Part shown: positions 38,296 through 47,503 of the stretch, piece by piece
Layout of the letters: each line of letters starts with the position of its first letter
How positions within the stretch are numbered: the first letter of the stretch is position 1
Assembly (NCBI GenBank): GCA_964450305.1
Contig: CAYVFB010000008.1
Coordinates: 3,884-67,883, forward strand
DNA length: 64,000 bases
Direction of reading: 5' to 3'
Origin: an uncultured Ruminiclostridium sp.
Lineage (GTDB): Bacteria; Bacillota; Clostridia; DSM-8532
Made by a program: the position numbers and the translations under genes
Notes under the pieces: model-generated
Databases searched by the model: none
Seen by the model: the letters and a program-made list of their open reading frames with translations, nothing else
What the model was told of the DNA's origin: nothing

Positions 38296-39816
38296 ATGAG
38301 AACCTATCAAAAAACCTTCATTCCAATCATCGTAGCAGTTCTACTACTTTTCAACGCAGGCTGCAAATCAAAAAAAACCGTCATCGACAGCCTGGATGTT
38401 CCGCAGCTTGAACATACAACCATCACCCTGTGCTTTCAGGGAAAAGAGCCCGAAGGCATGACGGAGGTACTTGCGGAGGCTGAAAAGCGTGCTGTTTCCG
38501 AGTTAAACGTCAGCTTTGACTTTCAGTTCTTTTACATGGTGACCGAGCAATACTTCAGCCAGGTTGCAAGCCTTATTTCGTCCGGGCAAGGCTGTGACGC
38601 TTTCATGGTGACCGACGATCAAAAATCCACACTCAAGGCTTTTGTTGAAAATGGTGTCGCGGCGGATATCACCGACCTGTTTGCAAAATATGCTCCGCAG
38701 ATTTATTCGCAGCTGGATGACCGGGCAAAAAATTTCGCCAGAGTGGATGATCGCTTTTATGCCGTTCCAAGGCTGTTTCCCCTGCCTTCACGCCTGGGAA
38801 TCACCGTCCGTAGTGACCTGTTGAAAAAATATGACACCGCTTCCATCAGTAATTATGACGAACTGGAAGCATTTCTTGCAAAAATCAAGAAAAATGAACC
38901 CGAATTGTATCCTCTGACCACATATAATACTTCCATTGGGGTTTTTGCCCAGGCTTATGGGTATGTCATACTGGATTACGAGGCCGGTCTGGTGTACAAG
39001 TGGGACGACAAAAATATGGTGATTTCAGCATGGGAACAGACCCCTGAATATCTTGAAGCCGAAAGCCGGTATGCCTCATGGTATCAGAACGGCTATATCC
39101 TGCCCGGTCACACTGTCCAATCGGACGCGATCATGTACAAGACGGGGAAATGGGCGGCCATCCTTACCGGTATGGGCGAGTCGGTGTATTACAATATCCG
39201 AAACATGGCGGATGAAGAAAGCACCAACTACACTTATACTGAGTTCCCGTTATTCCCTGAAATGAAAGCTTCCAGAGTGTCTCCCCTGTACCTTTCCTTT
39301 GTCATCGGCAGTCAGTCCGATAACAAGGAGCGGGTTCTGATGTTCTTAGACTGGGTTCAGTCCAGTTCCCAGAATTACAGGCTGTTTCGGTACGGTTTGG
39401 AAGGCAGGGACTATATCGTTACGAAGGACAGTATATCCTTCCCGCCGACGACAAGTTCACTGGACGATCTGTTTGTAAACTGGTATGGCGGTTCCGCGAT
39501 GATGAACATGAACCTGGAAGGCCCTTACTGGATGGGGGATAGCTCCTTTAGCTTTACAAATTATTGGAAGGAAACCTGTAAAAACACGGAATATGCACCT
39601 CACAGCGGTTTCCAGCCAGATTACAGCGCCGTATACAGCTGTTTCATCACCCGAAGGTCAACCTTCGATGAAACGGTGACGAAGATGTCCCTGGGCCAAT
39701 ACCAGTTAAAGAATTCAGAGGATCATATCGAAAAGATGAAAAATGCCGGAACCGACGAACTGGTGAAAACTATACAAGAACAGCTTGATTCATGGAGGAA
39801 AACGAACGCACAATAA
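38296..39816 (+). CDS. Large extracellular solute-binding lipoprotein (LplA/YtcQ-like family 1 SBP), copy 1
   Basis: Lipobox FNAGC. About 506 aa. AAGGAG precedes ATG 38296. Paralogous to the next gene. Confidence 0.75.
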   Translation: MRTYQKTFIPIIVAVLLLFNAGCKSKKTVIDSLDVPQLEHTTITLCFQGKEPEGMTEVLAEAEKRAVSELNVSFDFQFFYMVTEQYFSQVASLISSGQGCDAFMVTDDQKSTLKAFVENGVAADITDLFAKYAPQIYSQLDDRAKNFARVDDRFYAVPRLFPLPSRLGITVRSDLLKKYDTASISNYDELEAFLAKIKKNEPELYPLTTYNTSIGVFAQAYGYVILDYEAGLVYKWDDKNMVISAWEQTPEYLEAESRYASWYQNGYILPGHTVQSDAIMYKTGKWAAILTGMGESVYYNIRNMADEESTNYTYTEFPLFPEMKASRVSPLYLSFVIGSQSDNKERVLMFLDWVQSSSQNYRLFRYGLEGRDYIVTKDSISFPPTTSSLDDLFVNWYGGSAMMNMNLEGPYWMGDSSFSFTNYWKETCKNTEYAPHSGFQPDYSAVYSCFITRRSTFDETVTKMSLGQYQLKNSEDHIEKMKNAGTDELVKTIQEQLDSWRKTNAQ

Positions 39817-39868
39817 GAGGTCATATACAGATTTTGTACCAGCCTGGCAGCAAAAAGGAGGCAAAAGA

Positions 39869-41404
39869 ATGAGGAAGACGCTTTTGGCAGTTATACTGAT
39901 TACAGCCATGTTGATTACGCCTGGCTGCAACCAGAAAAAAGAGAAGCAGGTGTCCATACCCTATGATAAACTCAAATCCGAAGCACTCGATCCTATAGAA
40001 CTTGAAATATACACTCACGGAACCATCCCCAGCGATGGAAAGAGTTCCATTGAGGCCATGCTGAAACAAATTGGCGTTGAAACAGCGGAAACGATCAATG
40101 TTCATCCAAAATTCAACTGGGTACCCTATGAATCATACGATATAAAGATCCCGTCGATCATTGCGTCCGGAGATAAGATTGACGCATTTACCTGTTTTTC
40201 TCCCAAAGCATATGTCGATAAGAACCTTGTCATCGATCTGTCATCCCTGTTCAAACAGCATGCACCTTTCTACTATAACGAGCTATTGAACAATGAAGTC
40301 GGAAAGGATTACCTGAAAGACAGTACCTTCGATGGTAAACTATATGCCATCCCGTATAATGGTGTGTCCAACCCCAGGGTTGGTGTTGTTGTCAAAGCCG
40401 AACTGGCACAGAAATATGCCCAGGACGGCCTTGAAACGCTGGAGGATTACGGCGTTTTCTTAAAGAGGGTAAAAGAAAATGAATCAGGTGTAACCCCCGG
40501 GTTTGTGGATGCATTTAGTTTCTTCCAAGCCTACATGGAGGGCAATGGTTATTATGAAAACGCGGGCACCCTTCTGTATTCCAGGTGGGATCAGAACGGT
40601 GAAGGTATTTACCCGATAGAGCAGACCCCAGAATTCATCGACGCGTTTGAACTCCTGTTGTCGTGGAAAAACAACGGGTATGTCTTAAAAAACAATCAAC
40701 AACAAAGACAATATCCCATCAGTAGTAAGTTTCTTGGTTCCATGCTGCTGCCCATGGAACATCTCAGCTTCGAGTTTACATATGCGCAGAGTTCCGATGA
40801 CATCCAGTTAAGGGTTATCCCACTTTATATTCAAAGCTTGCATTTGCTCAACACAACTCCGTGGGGGTTGGCTGTTACGGAAAGCTGCCGCAATCCTGAA
40901 CGTGTGATGATGTTTTTGGAATGGCTTCACAGTTCACAGGAAAACTATGATCTGTTTATGTATGGGCAGGATGGCCTGAATTATTCTGTACAGAACGAAA
41001 ACATGGTCATATCCGAGGATGGAGCCAATTCAATGTATATGTGGAAATACTTTGGAGCGGATTTTTTCAGGGATTACCGATATGAGCGGATTATCACCAA
41101 TTTGGATCCCAACTTCCGGCAGGTTTATCTTGATTCCAGCTTTACGAATGTTAAAACAAACCAGGAGATAAAAGAGCAAAATCTAAAAAGAAAGGAAACC
41201 TACCAAGAGGATATCCAGAAGCTGGCTGCCGATTATCCGCAGCTCACAGGCATGATGGATGCTTATTTTAATAACTGGCAAAGGTTTATCGAGACAATAG
41301 ACAGCGGTGTGTTCAGAATCACCGTAAACGAGCTGCAGGAAATGCAAAAAGAGACGGGTATTGAAGATGTTCTGGAATTATATTTAAAAGCCATGGGTTT
41401 TTAA
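39869..41404 (+). CDS. Large extracellular solute-binding lipoprotein, copy 2
   Basis: Lipobox ITPGC. AGGAGG precedes ATG 39869. Shares blocks with copy 1 (LYAIPYN vs FYAVPRL, LEWLHSSQENYDLFMYGQDGLNY vs LDWVQSSSQNYRLFRYGLEGRDY). Confidence 0.75.
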   Translation: MRKTLLAVILITAMLITPGCNQKKEKQVSIPYDKLKSEALDPIELEIYTHGTIPSDGKSSIEAMLKQIGVETAETINVHPKFNWVPYESYDIKIPSIIASGDKIDAFTCFSPKAYVDKNLVIDLSSLFKQHAPFYYNELLNNEVGKDYLKDSTFDGKLYAIPYNGVSNPRVGVVVKAELAQKYAQDGLETLEDYGVFLKRVKENESGVTPGFVDAFSFFQAYMEGNGYYENAGTLLYSRWDQNGEGIYPIEQTPEFIDAFELLLSWKNNGYVLKNNQQQRQYPISSKFLGSMLLPMEHLSFEFTYAQSSDDIQLRVIPLYIQSLHLLNTTPWGLAVTESCRNPERVMMFLEWLHSSQENYDLFMYGQDGLNYSVQNENMVISEDGANSMYMWKYFGADFFRDYRYERIITNLDPNFRQVYLDSSFTNVKTNQEIKEQNLKRKETYQEDIQKLAADYPQLTGMMDAYFNNWQRFIETIDSGVFRITVNELQEMQKETGIEDVLELYLKAMGF

Positions 41405-41535
41405 ATATCGATTTTACCGCAGGAATACTAAGATTTCGAGTTCATGCAATAAGAACGACATAAAAAGTTAGACAAAGGTTGTTTCTAAAGTGAAAAAAGT
41501 TTATGATGAATTGTGAAGGATATATCAAATTCCGT

Positions 41536-41564
41536 AGCCCCCCACTTCAATAAGTGGGGGGGCT
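41536..41564 (+). terminator. GC-rich hairpin after the SBP pair
   Basis: AGCCCCCCACTT-CAAT-AAGTGGGGGGCT. The following T tract is weak. Confidence 0.5.
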
Positions 41565-41716
41565 TGTTCTGCTTCGGCGGAAGTACAGTTTACCACTGAA
41601 GTTATTTATGAGTTTTCCCGTATAAAATACTTGATATTCAGCCCAGCTGAATACGTTCACCCGAATCCGGCAAATGTTGTCCGGTTCGACAAACATACTT
41701 AAATGGAGGTCTTCTT

Positions 41717-42877
41717 ATGCATTCATCAATTCGAAAAATTATCCTGCTGCTTATCCTGACATGTTTTTTTCTTGCACTCACCGGATGCGGCTTGTTCCCC
41801 ACCGAGGAGGAAACGCTGGCCCCTCCGCTGCTCGAGCCTGAAGAAGTTACATATAGAACCGCCGAGGCAACCATCGGCTATATCGAGGACAGTATAAAAA
41901 AGAGTGCATATTTTGTTCCTGTTGTGGATAAGGATCATTTCTTTACCACCAGGGCTGGCAGGCTTAAAACCATTCATGTCAAGGTCGGTGACAGGGTGAA
42001 TGAAGGGGATGTTATCGCAGAGTTTTTAACCGATGGCATTGAAAGGGAGCTGGAGTATCAAAAATTAACGGTTGAATCGCAAATCAAGAGCCTGAGCTAT
42101 ATAGAGCAAAAGACTGAAATTGAGATCAGAGCTTTTAAAGCCAACCTGGCCAATCTGGAAGAGAAATACTCCGAAATGAGTCTCAACGCCAGTGTTTACA
42201 CCGCTAAAGACATTGATAGTGTTAAAAAAGAACTGGAAAACCAAAAGATCACCCTGGAGAAAATGCTGCTGGATACCTCCAACTCCATCGAAATGAAGAA
42301 AGACGAGCTGGCTTTGGCGCAAATGAAGCTTGAACAGCTTCAGAAGGATCTTGAGGAATGCAAGCTGAAAGCAGAGGTCAGCGGAATTGTTACCTACCTT
42401 CTCGATGTGAATGAAGGAGATATGGTGGACATGTATAAGAACATCGTAACCATATCCGATCCCCAAGTGCTTCATTTGGAGTATAAGGGCTCAAATGCCA
42501 GCGATTTTAACCTGGGCCAGGAGATCAGCGTACAGGTGGAAGAGGAAACCTACACGGGTAAGGTTGTGTTAACACCGTCAAGCGTCCCCTATAAGGAACT
42601 GGAAAGGTATAGGGATACGGTTCAGATCAAGCTGGATAAGCTTCCAAAGGGGGTTGAGGTTGGCGACAGGGCAGAGATCACGCTTGTGAAGGATTTTGCG
42701 GAAAACGCAGTGATCATTCCCAGGCGCGCTCTGAAGACCTTTCTCGGCAAGGATGCCGTTTATGTTCTTGACGAGGGCATCCGTCTGGAGCGTTATGTCG
42801 AAAAGGGTGTTCAGACCATTAACGAGGTTGAAATTACACAAGGGCTGGAAGCCGGGGAGATCATCATTATAGAATAG
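41717..42877 (+). CDS. HlyD/MacA-type periplasmic adaptor lipoprotein
   Basis: Lipobox LTGCG, a lipoyl-like motif (VKVGDRVNEGDVIAEF), a long coiled coil, then AEVSGIVTYL. Confidence 0.8.
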   Translation: MHSSIRKIILLLILTCFFLALTGCGLFPTEEETLAPPLLEPEEVTYRTAEATIGYIEDSIKKSAYFVPVVDKDHFFTTRAGRLKTIHVKVGDRVNEGDVIAEFLTDGIERELEYQKLTVESQIKSLSYIEQKTEIEIRAFKANLANLEEKYSEMSLNASVYTAKDIDSVKKELENQKITLEKMLLDTSNSIEMKKDELALAQMKLEQLQKDLEECKLKAEVSGIVTYLLDVNEGDMVDMYKNIVTISDPQVLHLEYKGSNASDFNLGQEISVQVEEETYTGKVVLTPSSVPYKELERYRDTVQIKLDKLPKGVEVGDRAEITLVKDFAENAVIIPRRALKTFLGKDAVYVLDEGIRLERYVEKGVQTINEVEITQGLEAGEIIIIE

Positions 42878-42887
42878 GGGGAAGCAT

Positions 42888-45749
42888 ATGCTTGAATTCT
42901 TGTTTCGTAAAATTATCAACAACAAATGGCTTTTCCTGTGTCTTTTAATCGGTGCTTTGGCCGCCTGCGGTATCTTCTCCACCATTCCTCTGTATACCAA
43001 TGCGATTTTACAAAAGGTGCTCACAAAAGACCTTGAAAACAATCATCTGAAAAACGGAAAATCACCCGGTGCTTATTCGGTTCAACTGACGGGCAGCGGG
43101 CAATATGGCAAACCGATTGCCGATCAGGTGAAGGATATCGCCGAAAGGCAGCTGTCGGAAAGCTTCAGCCTCCCAGCTGTCGATCAGTTGTACAGTGTCA
43201 GGCTTAATACCTTAAAGCTTCGAAGGGAAGGAGATGATTTTTTTAATGAACAGGAAATCAATGCTTATCCCTTGTCCATCTCCAACTATGAGAAAAACAT
43301 CAAGCTGATCCGTGGCAAAATCCCAGCCCGGGAAACCGTCGATGGTGTTTATGAGGTTGCGGTTTCCATTCAGGCTATGGGCCAGTTGCAAGTTTTGCAG
43401 GATCAGGAATACACCCTGGAATGGATCGATTTCTTCACCCAGGAAAGAACGATGATTGCCAGGATTAAAATCGTGGGCATCTTTTCGGTGGAGGATCTGA
43501 ATTCTCTTTACTGGTCTGATGGCAGATATGCTTCACTGCGGGAGGCCATCCTCTTTTATGAGGATCAGATCGATGCATTGATTGCGAAGGATGAAAAAGT
43601 TACCATTCGCAATACTGAATATACGAAATTCTTAGATTATCGCGCTGTAAAAATTGAAGCGGTTGATACTATTCTTTCGGTCATGAAAGAGCAGAGTGAC
43701 TGGAATTATAACAATGGAAACCTGGTCAAACTGATACTCCCGATGACGAAGGTCCTTGAAAACTATCAGCAAAGAAAGGTTCAGCTGCGCATTACGCTGT
43801 GGATTCTCACGATTCCGATGATGCTGATCATCTGTTTTTATACCATGATGATCTCAGGCCTTATCATTCGCAACAGCAGGAATGAAATATCCGTGATCAA
43901 AAGCAGGGGAGCGGGAAGGCTTCAGGTGTTCATGCTATTTATGGCTGAAAGCCTGGTGCTTGCTGTTTTGTCCTTTTTTGCAGGCCCTCGCATCGGGAAC
44001 CTTTTATGTCAGTTTCTTGGAGCGTCCAATGGCTTTTTGGAATTTATCAACCGTAAGGCGCTGATCCCGGTAGTAAACACTGAAACCTATCTTTATTCGG
44101 CCCTTGCGGCGGTTATTTTCATGCTGTTCATGATGGCTCCCGTTTTGAAAGCCAGCACAACGGGTATTGTTGAATACAAGAGAAGCCTGACCACCAAGAT
44201 GAGCAAACCCTTCTGGCAGAAGTTCTATTTGGATGTTCTGGTGCTGGCCGCCTGTGGCTATGGGTATTACAATTTCAACAACCGTCAGGACATCTTAAGG
44301 CAGACAGGGCTTTCAGGAACCGACCTGACCATTGATCCCGTGCTGTTTTTCATTTCGACTTTTTTCATTCTGGGGGTTAGCCTTCTTTTTCTCAGGCTGT
44401 ACCCGCTGATCATACGCTTTATTTTCAAGCTGGGCAGCCGCTTTTGGAGCCCGGTCACCTATTTTTCCCTGGTGAATGTATCCAAAGCCGATCGCAACCA
44501 GCAATCCATCATGCTGTTCATCATTCTGGCGCTGTCCTTTGGTATCATGAATGCCAACCAGGCCAGAACCATCAACAGCAACACCGCCGATAAGGTGCTG
44601 TATCAGCATGGAGCGGATATCGTGATAGAACCCTATAACAACCAGAAGCATGTTTCAACCATGGTACTACCGGGCGGCGGGGAAGTAAGCACCGGTTCAC
44701 CGGATAAGCAGTATGTGGAACCACCTTATGATCAGTATCGGAAATTAGAGGGAATTGAGGCGATGACCCGGGTAGTGGTGGATGATCATGCGAAGGTTTA
44801 TTTATCCAGGGATGCCGTTCCGGATGTCAGACTGCTGGGAATCACACCTCATGAATTTGGTGGAACCGTCTGGTTCAGGAACGATCTGCTGCCGCATCAT
44901 ATCAACGAATATCTGAACCTTTTAACGAAAGCTCCGACGGCATGCTTTCTGTCAAACTACTTTGCGGAAGAGATGAATGTCCGGGAAGGCGATACGGTGA
45001 ATATCCGGCTGGAAAACGGCGAAACCCTCCCTTTTACGGTTTATGGCTTCCTTGACTACTTCCCAACCTGCAACCCCTATGCGGAGACCTTAACCGAAAC
45101 CGATCAAACACAGGTGAAAAAGGCTCCTTTTGTGGTGGTCAGTCGCAGCTATCTTGCCAGAAAGCTCCCGGCGACACCTTATGAAATATGGATTAAAAAA
45201 CAGCCAGGGGTTTCAGACACCTCTATCCATGATCAACTGGAGGCCTTGCTGCTGAAGGTGGAAAGGGTGGATTACACCTCCCAGAGCATGATTGATAAGA
45301 AAAATGACCCGATGCTGCTGGGCACCAACGGTGTTTTAACCATGTGCTTTATCGTGACGATGCTGATTGCCGCCATTGGCTTTCTGCTGTTCTGGATCCT
45401 CTCCATTCGCGAGAAATCGCTGAAGTTCGGGATCTTCCGTGCCATGGGTATGCCCATGGGAAGCGTTACGCTAATCATGCTTCTGGAGCAGTTTCTCGTT
45501 TCGCTGGTTGCTATCGTTTTTGGGGTTTTCCTGGGCACTATTTCCAGCACCATTTTTATTCCGATGCTTGAAATGGTTTATTCCGCGTATCATCAGGTAC
45601 CACCGTTTAAAATTGTGGCGGAGGTCGGTGATTATGTTAAGGTTCTGGGGATCGCGGGTATCATGCTGTTTTCCGGCCTTGTGTTCCTATACGGACTGGT
45701 CAGAAGCATTAACATCCATCAGGTGCTGAAGATGGGAGAGGATTCATAA
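42888..45749 (+). CDS. Large ABC transporter permease with two FtsX-type modules
   Basis: 953 aa. Two 4-TM FtsX-like clusters, each preceded by a large extracytoplasmic domain. RBS GGGGGAAG. Confidence 0.8.
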   Translation: MLEFLFRKIINNKWLFLCLLIGALAACGIFSTIPLYTNAILQKVLTKDLENNHLKNGKSPGAYSVQLTGSGQYGKPIADQVKDIAERQLSESFSLPAVDQLYSVRLNTLKLRREGDDFFNEQEINAYPLSISNYEKNIKLIRGKIPARETVDGVYEVAVSIQAMGQLQVLQDQEYTLEWIDFFTQERTMIARIKIVGIFSVEDLNSLYWSDGRYASLREAILFYEDQIDALIAKDEKVTIRNTEYTKFLDYRAVKIEAVDTILSVMKEQSDWNYNNGNLVKLILPMTKVLENYQQRKVQLRITLWILTIPMMLIICFYTMMISGLIIRNSRNEISVIKSRGAGRLQVFMLFMAESLVLAVLSFFAGPRIGNLLCQFLGASNGFLEFINRKALIPVVNTETYLYSALAAVIFMLFMMAPVLKASTTGIVEYKRSLTTKMSKPFWQKFYLDVLVLAACGYGYYNFNNRQDILRQTGLSGTDLTIDPVLFFISTFFILGVSLLFLRLYPLIIRFIFKLGSRFWSPVTYFSLVNVSKADRNQQSIMLFIILALSFGIMNANQARTINSNTADKVLYQHGADIVIEPYNNQKHVSTMVLPGGGEVSTGSPDKQYVEPPYDQYRKLEGIEAMTRVVVDDHAKVYLSRDAVPDVRLLGITPHEFGGTVWFRNDLLPHHINEYLNLLTKAPTACFLSNYFAEEMNVREGDTVNIRLENGETLPFTVYGFLDYFPTCNPYAETLTETDQTQVKKAPFVVVSRSYLARKLPATPYEIWIKKQPGVSDTSIHDQLEALLLKVERVDYTSQSMIDKKNDPMLLGTNGVLTMCFIVTMLIAAIGFLLFWILSIREKSLKFGIFRAMGMPMGSVTLIMLLEQFLVSLVAIVFGVFLGTISSTIFIPMLEMVYSAYHQVPPFKIVAEVGDYVKVLGIAGIMLFSGLVFLYGLVRSINIHQVLKMGEDS

Positions 45750-46426
45750 TGAACATTTTGCGTACAGAAGAATTGAACCGTTCCTTCAGGGCTGGTCTTA
45801 CCACGGTGGACGTACTGAAAGGGATTAATCTGGAGATTGAACGTGGCACCTTCAACATCCTCATGGGGCCTTCGGGTTCGGGAAAAACCACGCTGCTGAA
45901 CATCCTTGGCGCTTTGGACAAGCCAAACGCCGGCAAGGTTTATATTGATGGTGAAGAAATAACCGGCATGTCTGAAAGAAAAAGAGACAGCCTGCGACGG
46001 GGCAAGCTGGGCTTCATTTTTCAGTCGGTGGCCCTTGTGTCCAACATGTCTGCCTTTGAAAACGTCGACTTTGCCCTTCGCATTTCGAAGTACAGCGGCA
46101 AGGAAAGAAAAAAGAGGGTGGAGGAATGCATGGATTTTGTGGGCCTGAAGAAAAGAATGAAGCATTACCCCGGGGAAATGTCGGGCGGAGAACAACAGCG
46201 TGTTGCTATCGCGAGGGCCATTGCTCACAGGCCTATGCTGCTTTTGGCTGATGAGCCCACCGCTGAGCTGGATACAACCACCGGGCTTCGCGTGGTAAAG
46301 CTTTTTAAGGAACTGGTCACCCAGGAGAATATAACCGTAGTAATGTGCACCCATGATGCCAGCATGATGGGGGTGGCCGACAGAATTTTTACACTTGAAG
46401 ATGGGGTGATAATCGATGTCGCATGA
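45749..46426 (+). CDS. ABC transporter ATP-binding protein (MacB/LolD-type)
   Basis: Walker A GPSGSGKTT, signature MSGGEQQR, Walker B LLLADEPT. Its ATG shares one nt with the permease TAA. Confidence 0.9.
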   Translation: MNILRTEELNRSFRAGLTTVDVLKGINLEIERGTFNILMGPSGSGKTTLLNILGALDKPNAGKVYIDGEEITGMSERKRDSLRRGKLGFIFQSVALVSNMSAFENVDFALRISKYSGKERKKRVEECMDFVGLKKRMKHYPGEMSGGEQQRVAIARAIAHRPMLLLADEPTAELDTTTGLRVVKLFKELVTQENITVVMCTHDASMMGVADRIFTLEDGVIIDVA

Positions 46427-47309
46427 AGAAACACCCATGATTGCCTGTGATAATCTGGTGAAAATCTATAAAACGAAAGAAATCGAAGTGGTTGCGCTGC
46501 AAGGCCTGGATCTGTCCATAAAGAAGGGTGAGCTTACCGCGATCATCGGAAAAAGCGGCAGCGGAAAGTCCACGCTGTTGAACGTCATTGCCGGGCTGGA
46601 CAGGCCCTCCGCCGGTTCTATTCATGTGGACGGAAAAAACCTTCTGAAGTTCAACGATAAACAGCTGATGCAGTACAACCGGGAAACCATCGGTTTTGTC
46701 TGGCAGAACAAAGCCAGAAACCTTTTACCCTATTTATCCGCTGAGATGAACGTGCAGCTGCCCATGATGATAACCGGACTGAAGGGCCGCAGGGACAGGG
46801 CGAGGGAGCTGTTGGACATGGTCGGGTTGAGAAACCGATATAAAAGCAGGCTCAAGCAGCTTTCGGGCGGCGAGCAACAGCGTGTGGCTATTGCTATCGC
46901 CCTTGCGAACAACCCGAAGCTGATCCTGGCCGACGAACCCACCGGTGCGGTGGACAGCAAAACCACCATCAAGATCATGGAATTGCTGCAAAAGCTGAAC
47001 GAGGATCTGGGTGTGACCATTGTCATCGTTACCCATGACTTGAAGCTTTCTTCCGCAGTAAACCGGGTGATCTCCATCAGCGACGGGATGATCGGCAGTG
47101 AGATGGTAAAGAAGGAAGATTACCAGAGGAAGCTTTCCGAGCTGGGCGACATGGCCAACCCCTCTCAATCCCATGATGAGTTCGCGGTGGTGGATAATAA
47201 GGGAAGAATTAAGATACCCGAGGAATATCTCGCCCAATTGAAGCTGAGCGGCGGGGAACGTCTGAAAATCCGCAAGAGCGCTGGTGGCATTGAGGTGTAT
47301 AAGTCTTGA
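46416..47309 (+). CDS. Second ABC ATP-binding protein with a C-terminal AbrB/SpoVT-like extension
   Basis: GKSGSGKST, LSGGEQQR, LILADEPT. Extra tail FAVVDNKGRIKIPEEYLAQLKLSGGERLKIRKSAGGIEVYK. ATG 46416 overlaps the upstream stop; ATG 46437 is the alternative start. Confidence 0.85.
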   Translation: MSHEETPMIACDNLVKIYKTKEIEVVALQGLDLSIKKGELTAIIGKSGSGKSTLLNVIAGLDRPSAGSIHVDGKNLLKFNDKQLMQYNRETIGFVWQNKARNLLPYLSAEMNVQLPMMITGLKGRRDRARELLDMVGLRNRYKSRLKQLSGGEQQRVAIAIALANNPKLILADEPTGAVDSKTTIKIMELLQKLNEDLGVTIVIVTHDLKLSSAVNRVISISDGMIGSEMVKKEDYQRKLSELGDMANPSQSHDEFAVVDNKGRIKIPEEYLAQLKLSGGERLKIRKSAGGIEVYKS

Positions 47310-47452
47310 ATTAACAGCCGGGCATAGGGTATTGTTTCGTTCAAAGGCAGGATTGAACCAGTATCAGGCTGCACCCGAAGAGGCAGCTTAACCTGAGGAT
47401 TTACAAAACCAAGTTCATTTTTGACCGATTCTCAAGGCGGAGGCTCAAAGCA

Positions 47453-47491
47453 AAGACCACACCGAAGGATAAAAACCTTTGATGTGGTCTT
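47453..47491 (-). terminator. Hairpin downstream of the BlaR1-like gene
   Basis: AAGACCACA...TGTGGTCTT outer stem with inner pairing. A T-rich run follows on the minus strand. Confidence 0.5.
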
Positions 47492-47503
47492 ACCATATAC
47501 AGA

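Noticed and set aside
38296-47309. Treating the two SBPs and the FtsX exporter as a single operon or importer
   Set aside because: A GC-rich hairpin (41536-41564) and a 313-bp gap separate them, and FtsX/MacB-type systems are not known SBP-dependent importers. I kept this only as a low-confidence hypothesis in the findings.
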